Shown here in pieces: positions 28,788-38,700 of a DNA stretch of 64,000 nt (its first letter is position 1; every line of letters starts with the position of its first letter). The DNA is from Eubacteriales bacterium (GTDB lineage Bacteria; Bacillota; Clostridia; Oscillospirales; CAG-272): positions 36,307 to 100,306 of the forward strand of contig JAZNJH010000025.1 in the NCBI GenBank assembly GCA_045577925.1. The letters run 5' to 3'. Both the position numbers and the translations under genes were made by a program. Below the pieces are notes generated by a model. The model was given only the letters and a program-made list of their open reading frames with translations. It did not search any database and had not been told where the DNA came from.

Positions 28788-29900
28788 ATGAAAAATACTC
28801 TCAGATCTATATCTCTAATACTCGTTCTTATAATGACTGTACTTTCGGCATGCTCATGTTCAGATACAAGCGAGCCGTCATTCACACCTGTCGGCGAGTA
28901 CTCACGCGAGCTTGAAGGAACTGTTCTCAACGTATTCAACTGGGGAGAATATATCTCAGACGGAAGCGAAGGTTCGCTTGACGTTAACCGCGAGTTTGAA
29001 AAGCTTACCGGTATCAAGGTAAACTATGAAAACTATGATGCAAACGAATCAATGTATACAAAGCTTAAGAGCGGCGCTGTTTCGTATGATATCATAATTC
29101 CCTCAGACTACATGATAGAGCGCCTTGCAAATGAAAACATGCTTAGGGAAATAGATTTTTCGAAGATCACAAACTATCATCTTATCGACGATAAGTATAA
29201 GGGCCTCTATTTTGATCCCGAAGAAAAGTATACCGTTCCTTATAACGTAGGTATGGTAGGTCTTATATACAATACGGAAATGGTTGAAGAAACGCCTGAC
29301 AGCTGGAGCATCATGTGGGATGATAAATACAAGGACAACATCCTTATGTTCAACAACCCGCGCGACAGCTTTGCTATCGCACAGATGCTTCTCGGCATTG
29401 ACCTCAATACTACCGACAAGGCTGATTGGGACGCTGCCGCAGATAAGCTTATAGAGCAGAACTCCGTTATTCAGGGCCGTGTAATGGACCAGATATTTAA
29501 CAAGATGGAATCGGGTAATGCCGCTATCGGCGCGTATTACGCAGGCGACTTTTTAACTATGCGCGACAACAACGAAGCTCTCGCTTTCGTATATCCCAAG
29601 GAAGGAGTTAATATATTCGTTGATTCTATTTGTATCCCCTCAAGCGCACAGAACTATGAAGCGGCGCTCATGTATATCAACTTCCTTCTTGAGCCTGAAA
29701 TTGCACTTGCAAACGCTGAATATCTCTGCTACGCTTCTCCCAATACATCGGTTATTGAAAACGAGAACTACTCTCTTAAGGATGAAAAGATCCTTTATCC
29801 CGATGAAGAGAACATGCCCATCTGTCAGTACTTCCACGATCTTCCCGAAGATATCCGCTCTTATTATGAATCTCTTTGGGAAACTATTGTAATGTCATAA
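28788..29900 (+). CDS. potD: Spermidine/putrescine-binding lipoprotein
   Basis: Lipobox LSACSC. Operon position and ~370-aa length typical of PotD-type binding proteins. Confidence 0.85.
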   Translation: MKNTLRSISLILVLIMTVLSACSCSDTSEPSFTPVGEYSRELEGTVLNVFNWGEYISDGSEGSLDVNREFEKLTGIKVNYENYDANESMYTKLKSGAVSYDIIIPSDYMIERLANENMLREIDFSKITNYHLIDDKYKGLYFDPEEKYTVPYNVGMVGLIYNTEMVEETPDSWSIMWDDKYKDNILMFNNPRDSFAIAQMLLGIDLNTTDKADWDAAADKLIEQNSVIQGRVMDQIFNKMESGNAAIGAYYAGDFLTMRDNNEALAFVYPKEGVNIFVDSICIPSSAQNYEAALMYINFLLEPEIALANAEYLCYASPNTSVIENENYSLKDEKILYPDEENMPICQYFHDLPEDIRSYYESLWETIVMS

Positions 29901-29910
29901 CTAAAAACAT

Positions 29911-29933
29911 CGGCGAGGACATTGTCCTCGCCG
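29911..29933. terminator. Hairpin between convergent genes
   Basis: CGGCGAGGAC-att-GTCCTCGCCG. A U-run is present only on the minus-strand side (AUGUUUUUAG). Confidence 0.6.
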
Positions 29934-29940
29934 CGCGAAA

Positions 29941-30147
29941 TTATAGCTTTTTTGATATGCTCTCATCGCATACGCTCACCCTTCTTATCACAGTATCCTC
30001 TTCAACGTATGTAAATTCAGCATCGCATTCGCCCACTACCGGCTTATAGCCGAAAAAAAGATACTGCGCTCTGGTTGGCGTGCCGATAAGGCGGCTGATA
30101 TTTTCCGGAGCTTTACAAAGGCTCCCTTTTACAAGTTTGTAATACAT
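29941..30147 (-). CDS. Small hypothetical protein (68 aa)
   Basis: This is the 3' part of the 222-aa track ORF. The ATG at 30147 lies 5 nt after AGAGG. Translation MYYKLVKGSLCKAPENISRLIGTPTRAQYLFFGYKPVVGECDAEFTYVEEDTVIRRVSVCDESISKKL. A terminator hairpin lies downstream. Confidence 0.4.
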   Translation of the reverse strand: MYYKLVKGSLCKAPENISRLIGTPTRAQYLFFGYKPVVGECDAEFTYVEEDTVIRRVSVCDESISKKL

Positions 30148-30292
30148 TATCACCTCTTCCGATCGCGTCATCGGGATAAAAAAGGCGATATCTGAGATAT
30201 CGCCGCAAGCTCCGCTTTTTTTGCTTGCACTATTATTATAATACGTAAAACAACCGCAATAGGTCGTAAATAATCGAAAGGCAGATTTTTTC

Positions 30293-30700
30293 ATGGAGAA
30301 AAAAGAACTTATAAAAACAGCTAAAGACGCCACGAAATCAGCATATTCACCATATTCGCATTTCCGCGTGGGCGCGGCGCTTCTTTGCGAAGACGGTACT
30401 GTATATACCGGATGTAATATTGAAAACTCTTCATTTGGCGTAACCTGCTGTGCTGAGCGCGTTGCTTTATTCAAAGCTGTAAGTGACGGCAAAAGGTGCT
30501 TTACGGATATTGCTATAGTCGGCTCGTCAACAGACAAATTTGACAAGCCGTGCGCTCCGTGCGGAGTGTGCAGGCAGGCGCTGAGTGAGTTTTGTAAGGG
30601 CGACTTCAAAATTCATCTGTGTAACAGCGATGAGATCATAACGTACACACTAGACGATATTCTTCCCCACAGCTTTAAGCTTGATCAAAAAGGAAACTAA
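30293..30700 (+). CDS. cdd: Cytidine deaminase
   Basis: Zinc-binding motifs CAERVALFKAVSDG and PCGVCRQAL; 135 aa. Confidence 0.92.
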   Translation: MEKKELIKTAKDATKSAYSPYSHFRVGAALLCEDGTVYTGCNIENSSFGVTCCAERVALFKAVSDGKRCFTDIAIVGSSTDKFDKPCAPCGVCRQALSEFCKGDFKIHLCNSDEIITYTLDDILPHSFKLDQKGN

Positions 30701-30702
30701 TT

Positions 30703-32733
30703 ATGATATACAGATATAAATTTAAGTTTGTTTTGCTTTCGCTTTTGCTTATAATACTACTTAGTCTGTGCTCCTGCTCGGTAGGATCCATGCTCGGATT
30801 TGACGACAACTCTGCTCTTAGTATTATCTCAGACAGCAAAAGCGAATACCGCATAGTATGCGCATATGAAGCCGATTCTGACATAATTGACTCTGCACTC
30901 TCGGTTATAAATACGGCAAGAACCAAAAGCGGTGCAGAAATTGAGCTTGTTATCGACAGTAACGCTGTGCATGATAACTCAAACAAAGAAATAATCGTCG
31001 GAAGCACAAACCGAGGCCTTCCTGAAGGATTTGAAGGGCCAAGCCCTATGGAATTTGTTATTGTGGCAAGCGACAATGATATTTATATTATCGGCGGCTC
31101 TGATTCTGCAACGATTATGGCGCTTGAATATTTCGCAGAAAATATTATAGCAGAAGAAACTATTCTGGAAAGAGATTACAAATACAGCTACTGCGTACCG
31201 TACACCGTTGTAAATATTAATTCTGCCCCTGTTACAAGCTTTAAGATAAATGCTCTTGAAGGAGTTGATACAATAGCAGTATCGCAGGCACTTATATCAA
31301 AAACAGGGCTTGATACGTCAGATGATGACAATTACACTGATGTATATTTCGAGCTTGATTATTCGCTTGACACCAATACCGTCCGTTTCGCAGAACAAGC
31401 TAATTCTATCCTTATAAGTGCATCTTCCAAAATAGCTCTTACAAAAATAGATGAAGTTATACTTGAAGGTTTCGGAGAATATGCTACCATAAACTTAGAC
31501 CACGGTTCATATGTGGATTTTACCTACCCGATCGTGAGCTTAAATGAAATATCTGATTACAGCGATTGTTATCTTGAATGTGAGACAAATAAATCTCCGC
31601 TTGAATATGCTGTAGGGGAAGAAATGGTATATACCCTCTCTTTGAAATACGACGGCGAAATTATCAGTGCTCCAAATTTCTCTTATAAAATTGACTTTGA
31701 CGACACAAAGGAAAGTATAACAGAAAACGTATCGGGCGAAAAGGGCACTTTTGTAATACAAACCTCCCTGGATACACCAGGGTTTGTAAAAATATATGCC
31801 AACGTAACAAGTGATCTTGGAATTGAATACAGAGATATATCGCCTTTCGAGGGTGGTGCTGCTGCTAATATCCGCGGTATTGCGCAAGCTGTTAAAGAAC
31901 CCGATGATTTTGATGAATTCTGGCAGGCAGAGCTTGAAAACCTTTATGAAACAGAGCCTGTTATGAGCATTAAAAACGATTTATCGGAAAGCTACCCCGG
32001 ATACACGGTTCTTGATATACGTATTGACTGCCCGGGCGGGCCGGTTTCTGCATATCTTTCAATACCAAACAATGCAAAGGAAGGCTCGTTACCGATACTT
32101 GTAGGTTATCTCGGTTACGGTGTATTTTCGCCTAAACCTACCGTGAGAAATGACCGTATAGTGCTTAGCGTTAACGCGCATAGTCTTGATAACGGACGTG
32201 AAAGCGGATATTACAAAGAGGTGTCATCAACCGTTCTTTATTCTTACGGTTTTAACACTTATGAAAACTCCAACCGCGACACAGTATATTTCAAAAACAT
32301 GATACTTCGCGACGTTCAGGCGATAAGATATCTGAAAACACTCAAAGAGTGGGACGGAGAATCGATAAGTCTTAACGGCGGCAGCCAGGGTGCATATCAG
32401 GCGCTTGCAGTTGCGGCGCTTGATCCTGACGTAACCTACGTATATGCCGCATACCCGTGGTTGTGTGATATCGGAAGCTTTGCTGCAAACCGAATAGGCG
32501 GCTGGCATCCCGATTATACTGATGCTCTTACCTACTATGACGCTATAAATTTTGCAAAGCGCATCAAATGTCAAACAAGAATCGTTGCAGGTCTTGGCGA
32601 TTATGTATCACCGCCCTCGTCTGTTGCGGCATTGGTAAACTCGATGAGCGCGCCTGTGTCACTTGAATTTATTCAGGGTATGACTCACACGTATACACCG
32701 CCATACGAGCAAATGTATAAGATAGAAAAATAA
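30703..32733 (+). CDS. Lipoprotein with C-terminal acetylxylan esterase / cephalosporin-C deacetylase (CE7, AXE1) domain and an N-terminal domain of unknown function
   Basis: Signal/lipobox LLSLCSCS. AXE1-like EPDDFDEFWQAELENL...; nucleophile elbow NGGSQGAYQA; C-terminal GMTHTY. Confidence 0.75.
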   Translation: MIYRYKFKFVLLSLLLIILLSLCSCSVGSMLGFDDNSALSIISDSKSEYRIVCAYEADSDIIDSALSVINTARTKSGAEIELVIDSNAVHDNSNKEIIVGSTNRGLPEGFEGPSPMEFVIVASDNDIYIIGGSDSATIMALEYFAENIIAEETILERDYKYSYCVPYTVVNINSAPVTSFKINALEGVDTIAVSQALISKTGLDTSDDDNYTDVYFELDYSLDTNTVRFAEQANSILISASSKIALTKIDEVILEGFGEYATINLDHGSYVDFTYPIVSLNEISDYSDCYLECETNKSPLEYAVGEEMVYTLSLKYDGEIISAPNFSYKIDFDDTKESITENVSGEKGTFVIQTSLDTPGFVKIYANVTSDLGIEYRDISPFEGGAAANIRGIAQAVKEPDDFDEFWQAELENLYETEPVMSIKNDLSESYPGYTVLDIRIDCPGGPVSAYLSIPNNAKEGSLPILVGYLGYGVFSPKPTVRNDRIVLSVNAHSLDNGRESGYYKEVSSTVLYSYGFNTYENSNRDTVYFKNMILRDVQAIRYLKTLKEWDGESISLNGGSQGAYQALAVAALDPDVTYVYAAYPWLCDIGSFAANRIGGWHPDYTDALTYYDAINFAKRIKCQTRIVAGLGDYVSPPSSVAALVNSMSAPVSLEFIQGMTHTYTPPYEQMYKIEK

Positions 32734-32771
32734 AAAACATATCCGCGGTTGAACCGCGGATATGTTTTTTT
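32732..32771 (+). terminator. Rho-independent terminator
   Basis: AAAAAACATATCCGCGGTT-g-AACCGCGGATATGTTTTTTT. Confidence 0.85.
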
Positions 32772-32899
32772 AGCACTATAATGCTTAGCTTTGGAATTTA
32801 TTGCAAATTTTTCCTGTTGTTTTTTGGTAAATTTGCCTATGTCATTTTTTTGTATTTTATGGTATAATTTATATAGCAAACAAGGATACGGTATGGCAT

Positions 32900-33412
32900 A
32901 TGTTCAATTTAAATCAAAAGGTTCTTTACGGCTCTCAGGGAGTTTGTGAAATACAGGAAATAACAAAGAGAAATTTTGGCGGCGAAGAACGCGATTATTA
33001 CGTGCTCGTTCCCCTTTACCGTAATTTTTCTACCGTTTACGTTCCCGTTGATTCTCCCGTTGTTTGCGAGAAAATGCGCATGATATCTGATAAAGATCAT
33101 ATGATGAATCTGATTAAATGTGTCGACTGTGATTCTGATTTATGGGAAGATAACAAGTATACACGTCACGAAAAGTTTACTCAGATACTTGAAAAAGGAA
33201 CAGACAATGACATCTTTGCCCTGTCTCTTCTGCTTCATAAAAAAAATGAAGAGCTGATGCAGGCAGGTAAACGCCTTTATATTAACGACGAAAGAGTCCT
33301 TGCTGATGCACAAAGGCTTATTGAAGAAGAATTTGCATGTGTGTTCGATATTCCATTTGAAAGTGCAAAGGAATTTATTAAACAGAATACTCTTGATGTA
33401 TATCAAAAATAA
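32900..33412 (+). CDS. CarD/CdnL-family RNA-polymerase-binding protein-like
   Basis: N-terminal FNLNQKVLYGSQGVCEIQEITKRNFGGEERDYYVLVPL matches the CarD_CdnL_TRCF pattern. Confidence 0.7.
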   Translation: MFNLNQKVLYGSQGVCEIQEITKRNFGGEERDYYVLVPLYRNFSTVYVPVDSPVVCEKMRMISDKDHMMNLIKCVDCDSDLWEDNKYTRHEKFTQILEKGTDNDIFALSLLLHKKNEELMQAGKRLYINDERVLADAQRLIEEEFACVFDIPFESAKEFIKQNTLDVYQK

Positions 33413-33439
33413 AGCAGGTCGGAAATCGACCTGCTTTTC
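33411..33439. terminator. Bidirectional terminator
   Basis: AAAGCAGGTCG-gaaat-CGACCTGCTTTT. Confidence 0.8.
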
Positions 33440-33773
33440 ACTTGAATACCAGCTGTACCATTACCATATACAATAACGTGCCTGCCCCGATGCTTATAAG
33501 CGTGTTCCTGCGCCATATATGCAGAATTACAACTGCCCCACACGCAATAAACTCAGGTATACCATACGGATACGATGTAATCTGCGTTGATCTTAGCGCG
33601 TATACAACAAGCATTCCCATAGCAGCATACGGCAATACGCGCCCGAGGTATACTATTATACCAGGCGTTTTTTTATCACCGCCGAATACCAAAAACGGGA
33701 TAAAGCGAAGTAATACTGTAACAAGCGCAGCTATTACAATTATAATCGCCGCACGAATACTCTCAGGTGTCAT
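33438..33773 (-). CDS. azlD: Branched-chain amino acid transport protein AzlD
   Basis: A 111-aa, 3-4 TM protein overlapping and following azlC. Confidence 0.75.
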   Translation of the reverse strand: MTPESIRAAIIIVIAALVTVLLRFIPFLVFGGDKKTPGIIVYLGRVLPYAAMGMLVVYALRSTQITSYPYGIPEFIACGAVVILHIWRRNTLISIGAGTLLYMVMVQLVFK

Positions 33774-34461
33774 TTTTATCCCTCGCTTTCATGATCAGCA
33801 GTGCCGCACTTATAAGAAGCATTGCAGGGATAAGAAAGCCCTGTGCTTTAAAAACAAGCAGGCAAATAAACGATGATACAACACCGATTATCGCCGCACG
33901 ATGATCCTTTGTACTGAGCCACTGCTCAACAAATATAGTTACAAAAAGCGCCGTGAGAGCGAAATCTATCCCTTTTGTATCAAATTTCAGAAATGATCCG
34001 ACAAGTGAACCGATCGCGCTTCCAAATATCCAGTATATATGATTCAAAAGTGATACCGTAAAATAAAAGCTCCTGCCGTCATCTTTTTCTGTCAGTTTGC
34101 CGTGATCGTTGCAAACAATAGAGTAGGTTTCATCGGTCAGTGCAAATATAGTGTATATCCTCTGAAGCACACTTCCCTTGTAATTATATCGCTCAACCAT
34201 AGATATTCCATAAAAAAGATGCCTTGCGTTTACAACAAGTGAAGTCAGTGCCGTTGTTAAAAAAGACGCACCGCCGCATATCAGATCTATAACCACGTAT
34301 TGAAGGGAGCCTGCATAAATAAAGGCGCTCATAGCTACTGACCAGATAAGACCGTAGCCTTTGGTATAAAGAAGTATGCCAAATCCCATTCCAAGCACTA
34401 TATAGCCCATCATAACAGGCAGGGTTAAAGCAAATATCCGTCTGAAGTTCTCCCTCTTCAT
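33763..34461 (-). CDS. azlC: AzlC-family branched-chain amino acid transporter
   Basis: A 232-aa polytopic protein, paired with azlD by an 11-nt overlap. Confidence 0.78.
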   Translation of the reverse strand: MKRENFRRIFALTLPVMMGYIVLGMGFGILLYTKGYGLIWSVAMSAFIYAGSLQYVVIDLICGGASFLTTALTSLVVNARHLFYGISMVERYNYKGSVLQRIYTIFALTDETYSIVCNDHGKLTEKDDGRSFYFTVSLLNHIYWIFGSAIGSLVGSFLKFDTKGIDFALTALFVTIFVEQWLSTKDHRAAIIGVVSSFICLLVFKAQGFLIPAMLLISAALLIMKARDKNDT

Positions 34462-34601
34462 GCAAAAATCCTCTCTTTTAGTTTACAAACATTATTTTAC
34501 TCTATTTAAAAGCCCTTGTCAAGAATATTTGCACTCTGTAAACAAAAAGCCTCCCTGACACTACCCTCTGTAAAAAGGTGTCGTCAAGGAGGCTTTTATA
34601 A

Positions 34602-35417
34602 TTATCTGCTGCCGACTGTTTTGCGCATACCCGAGGTATCATCAAGCAGGTCGCTGTTTTTCATGCGAAGATTGTCAGCTATCATCGCAATAAATTCGCT
34701 GTTTGTGGGCTTGCCGCGCTGGCGGCTTATGGTATATCCGAAGTAAGATGTGAGAGTATCAACGTCGCCTCTGTCCCATGCAACTTCAATAGCATGGCGG
34801 ATCGCTCTTTCCACTCTTGAGGGAGTTGTGCCGTGAATACGCGCAACTGTGGGATATAATGACTTTGTAACGTAGTTTATCATATCAGGGTCATTGATCG
34901 TACGTGTTATCGCAGTTCTTAAAAACTGATAGCCTTTTATATGTGCCGGAATACCAAGCCCGTGCATAACAGACGTAACGCTTCTCTCAATAATAGCATC
35001 ACGTCCGAAAAGCCTTGCATTTGCCGCCTTGAAGCGCTGATGCTCAAGCTGGCTTGTAATTATTCTTTTTACAAAATTATAATCAATCGGTTTTTTCAAA
35101 GTATATACTGATCTGCCGCCCATATCATACACGGAATCGTCAAGAACCATCTCTGAGGTAAGAATAACCTCGCTTGAATACGCGCGCCTTGTGTCTTCTT
35201 CGCCGTTTTCGCAAAAGCTTATAATACTGTCATAATCCATAAGCTCTCTGTCTGATATGATTATATTATAAAAGCTTCTTTCAAGTGCGCGCTTAAGCGA
35301 TTCACAACTTGATGCGGTTTCTATATTAACATAGCCCTCGTCTGCAAGCTTTGTGGATAATTCAGTTAAAAAATCTGTGTTTCTGTCTGCGATAAGTATT
35401 CTCTCTGTGATTGTCAT
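34602..35417 (-). CDS. spo0A: Sporulation master regulator Spo0A (atypical receiver domain)
   Basis: The C-terminal domain is near-identical to the Spo0A_C signature: GIPAHIKGYQFLRTAI...TTPSRVERAIRHAIEVAWDRG...GYTISRQRGKPTNSEFIAMIADNL. The N-terminal receiver reads ILIADRNTDF...NIIISDRELMD...LKKPIDY. Confidence 0.9.
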   Translation of the reverse strand: MTITERILIADRNTDFLTELSTKLADEGYVNIETASSCESLKRALERSFYNIIISDRELMDYDSIISFCENGEEDTRRAYSSEVILTSEMVLDDSVYDMGGRSVYTLKKPIDYNFVKRIITSQLEHQRFKAANARLFGRDAIIERSVTSVMHGLGIPAHIKGYQFLRTAITRTINDPDMINYVTKSLYPTVARIHGTTPSRVERAIRHAIEVAWDRGDVDTLTSYFGYTISRQRGKPTNSEFIAMIADNLRMKNSDLLDDTSGMRKTVGSR

Positions 35418-35483
35418 AATAAACCCACCTTTTTAATTTTCGTTAATTTGTCAGTTTGCTCCGACTTACGATATAATTTTACC

Positions 35484-35511
35484 ATAATATGGAAATTATT
35501 TCAATTGTCAA
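35484..35511 (-). promoter_or_regulatory. Candidate sigma-A promoter of spo0A
   Basis: On the minus strand: TTGACA (35506-35511), 16 nt, TATTAT (35484-35489). Confidence 0.45.
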
Positions 35512-35575
35512 AATTCCCAATTTTTACCAATTATTTTAGTGTATTATTATAGTTCATCACAGAATTGTGTCGAAA

Positions 35576-35722
35576 AAAGAAACAGGTCCCCTTCAACCTG
35601 CACTTTGCTTTGGAAATATTCCTTGTTGCTTAAACAGCAACAAGGAATATTTCAGGACGGCGTAAATTGACTTTCAATTTACCGCAAAGCTGTGCACGCC
35701 GTTGAAGGGCGCCTGTTTTGTT
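35576..35722 (-). terminator. Elaborate nested multi-helix element / terminator at the end of the pur operon
   Basis: Outer stem AACAGG..CCCTTCAAC (35581-35597) pairs with GTTGAAGGG..CCTGTT (35701-35717). Middle stem TGCAC/CTTTGC pairs with GCAAAG/GTGCA. Two inner hairpins: an 18-bp perfect one at 35613-35653 and a 9-bp one at 35662-35682. On the minus strand UUUCUUUUUU follows. Confidence 0.6.
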
Positions 35723-38700
35723 ATATTTTGTAATAATCGGATGCAGACTTGAAGAGCTTGATATCATAGTCGCCGTCAACGTTTTTGTATGTGCCCATAC
35801 TGATACGTTCGCTGTGTCCCATCTTACCGATTACTCTGCCGTCGGGAGATGTGATACCCTCGATAGCATAGTCGCTCGAGTTGGGGTTATATGATATATC
35901 AAACGTGGGATTACCGTTTATATCGGCATACTGAGTTGCGATTTGTCCGTTTGCCGCAAGCTTTTCTATCAGCTCTGCCGGTGCTATAAATCTTCCCTCT
36001 CCGTGTGAGATCGGTACGTTGTATATCTCACCCGGCTTTGTGTTCATGAGCCACGGGGACTTGTTTGAAAGAACGCGGGTACGAACGATTCTCGACTGGT
36101 GGCGTCCGATAACGTTATACGTAAGAGTCGGATCATTTTCACCGATATCGCATATTTCACCGTAAGGTACAAGTCCGAGCTTTATAAGTGCCTGGAAGCC
36201 GTTACATATACCGCACATAAGTCCGTCGCGGTTCTTAAGCAGATTGTTTACCGCATCTGTAAGCTTGGGGTTACGGAAGAAGGCAGTTATAAACTTACCC
36301 GATCCGTCCGGCTCGTCGCCGCCCGAGAATCCTCCGGGTATGAAGATTACCTGAGATTTTTCGATTCTCTTGAGTGCTTCCTCAACAGATTCTGCTATGT
36401 CAGCGCCCGTTATATTTCTTATAACGAATATATCCGCTTCAAGACCTGCGCGCTCTGCCGCTCTCGCGCTGTCGTATTCGCAGTTTGTTCCGGGGAATAC
36501 GGGAATGAGTACACGCGGCTTTGCTACCCCGATCTTTGCATGAGTAAGCGCGTTTGCATCTCTGTGAGTTTCGGGTAAATTAAGCTTCTTTTCTTCAACC
36601 TTTATATTGCAGGAGAAAACGCTCTCAAGCTTGTTTTCGTAAATTTCAAGAAGCTCGTGCGAGCATACCTTTTCTTCTCCAAGTACAAACGGGCACTTCT
36701 TTGTTGTCTTACCGAGGTATATTTCACCCTCAACAGGAGCATCGTCGCACATTTCGAGCACGAACGCGCCGTAATTGTATCCAAAGAGTGTTTCAAGTTT
36801 GGTCTCTTCATTAAACTCAAAGCCAAGACCGTTACCAAAGCACATCTTCATAACTGCTTCTGCAACGCCGCCGTAGGTGGGTGTGTAAGCAGCACTTACT
36901 CTGCCTGCGCGCATAAGAGCGTTTACCTTATCGTAAAGAGCAAGCTCAGACTCGCTTACGGGAAGTTCGTCCTTGTCATATTCGGGCACAAGAAGGATTA
37001 CTCTGCTGTCTGCATTTTTGAATTCAGGCGAAACTACGTCTAAAAGCTTACCTGTCGTTACAGCAAATGAAACGAGTGTTGGCGGAACGTCTATATTTTC
37101 AAAAGTACCGCTCATCGAGTCCTTACCGCCTATTGAAGCAGACGAGTAATCAAGCTGTGCCGCAAAAGCACCGAGTAGTGCCGCCATAGGCTTGCCCCAA
37201 CGCTTAGGATCGCGCATCGGCTTTTCAAAATATTCCTGGAAAGTAAGGAATACTTCGTTTTTATCAGCACCCGTTGCGATGAGCTTGGATATTGATTCAA
37301 CAACCGCAAGATATGCGCCGTGGTAGGGGCTCTTTTCTGTAATATAGGGGTTATATCCCCAGGACATGAAGGAAACGGTATCCGTTTCGCCATGCTCAAG
37401 CGGGATCTTATGTACCATTGCCTGAATAGGTGTATGCTGGAGCGAGCCGCCAAACGGCATAAGCACGCTTCCTGCGCCGATAGTTGAGTCAAAACGCTCG
37501 GAAAGTCCGCGCTTTGAGCATACGTTAAGATCGCCTGCGAGTGCGCGCATACCCTTTTCAAAGCTTTCAGGTATTTCCTTTTCAAATGCACTCGGGGTGT
37601 CAAGTGTTATGTCAATATGCTTTTCAGCACCGTTAGAATTGAGAAATTCTCTTGATATATCAACGATCTTCTTGCCGTTATGAACCATAACGAGTCTCGG
37701 CTCTGCCGTAACTTTTGCAACGGGAGTTGCTTCAAGGTTTTCGCTCTTTGCTATCTCTATAAAGCGCTCTGCGTCCTTTGCTTCAACGACTATTGCCATT
37801 CTCTCCTGGCTTTCGGATATTGCAAGCTCTGTTCCGTCAAGTCCGTCATATTTCTTAGGAACTGCATTAAGATTAATCTCAAGACCGTCTGCAAGCTCAC
37901 CGACTGCAACAGACACGCCGCCTGCTCCAAAGTCGTTACAACGCTTTATAAGTTTTGCCGCTTCTGCGTTTCTGAAAAGTCTTTGTAATTTTCTCTCTTC
38001 GGGAGCATTACCCTTCTGAACTTCTGCACCGCAGGTTTCAAGAGAAGCCTTTGTATGCGATTTTGACGAGCCTGTTGCGCCGCCGCAACCGTCACGGCCC
38101 GTTCTGCCGCCGAGAAGTATTACTATATCACCGTCGCCGGGCACTTCACGGCGAACGTTCTTTGCCGGAGCCGCACCGAGTACAGCACCGATCTCCATAC
38201 GCTTTGCCGCGTAGCCGTCGTGATATAATTCGTCAACCATACCCGTAGCAAGACCGATCTGGTTACCGTATGAGGAATATCCTGCCGCCGCAGTCGTAAC
38301 TATCTTACGCTGAGGAAGCTTGCCGGGGATAGTTTCAGCAACAGGGCGTGTCGGGTCAGCCGCACCCGTTACTCTCATTGCCGCATATACGTATGAACGT
38401 CCCGAAAGGGGATCGCGTATTGCACCGCCGATACAGCTTGCCGCACCGCCGTAGGGCTCGTTCTCTGTTGGGTGGTTGTGTGTTTCATTTTTAAAGAGAA
38501 GCAGATAATCAACGTCTTCTCCGTCGATATTTGCCTTTATCTTAACTGTACAAGCGTTTATCTCGTCAGACTCATCAAGAGCATCGAGTTTGCCCTCACT
38601 CTTTAAGTAGCGTGCACCGAGTGTTGCTATATCCATAAGATTAACGGGCTTTGTTCTGCCAAGCTTTTTGCGTGTTTCCACATATCTGTTGTACGCAGCT

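Noticed and set aside
30148-30609. The upstream two-thirds of the 222-aa minus-strand ORF 29941..30609.
   Set aside because: It overlaps cdd, which has clear zinc-binding motifs, on the opposite strand. The candidate upstream ATGs at 30294 and 30171 lack any Shine-Dalgarno sequence. Only the last 68 codons, with a good RBS, were kept as a low-confidence CDS.
35506-35512. A second, near-consensus 0A-box (TGTCAAA) upstream of spo0A.
   Set aside because: On the other strand it is simply the TTGACA -35 hexamer of the predicted spo0A promoter, so it is not independent evidence for Spo0A binding.
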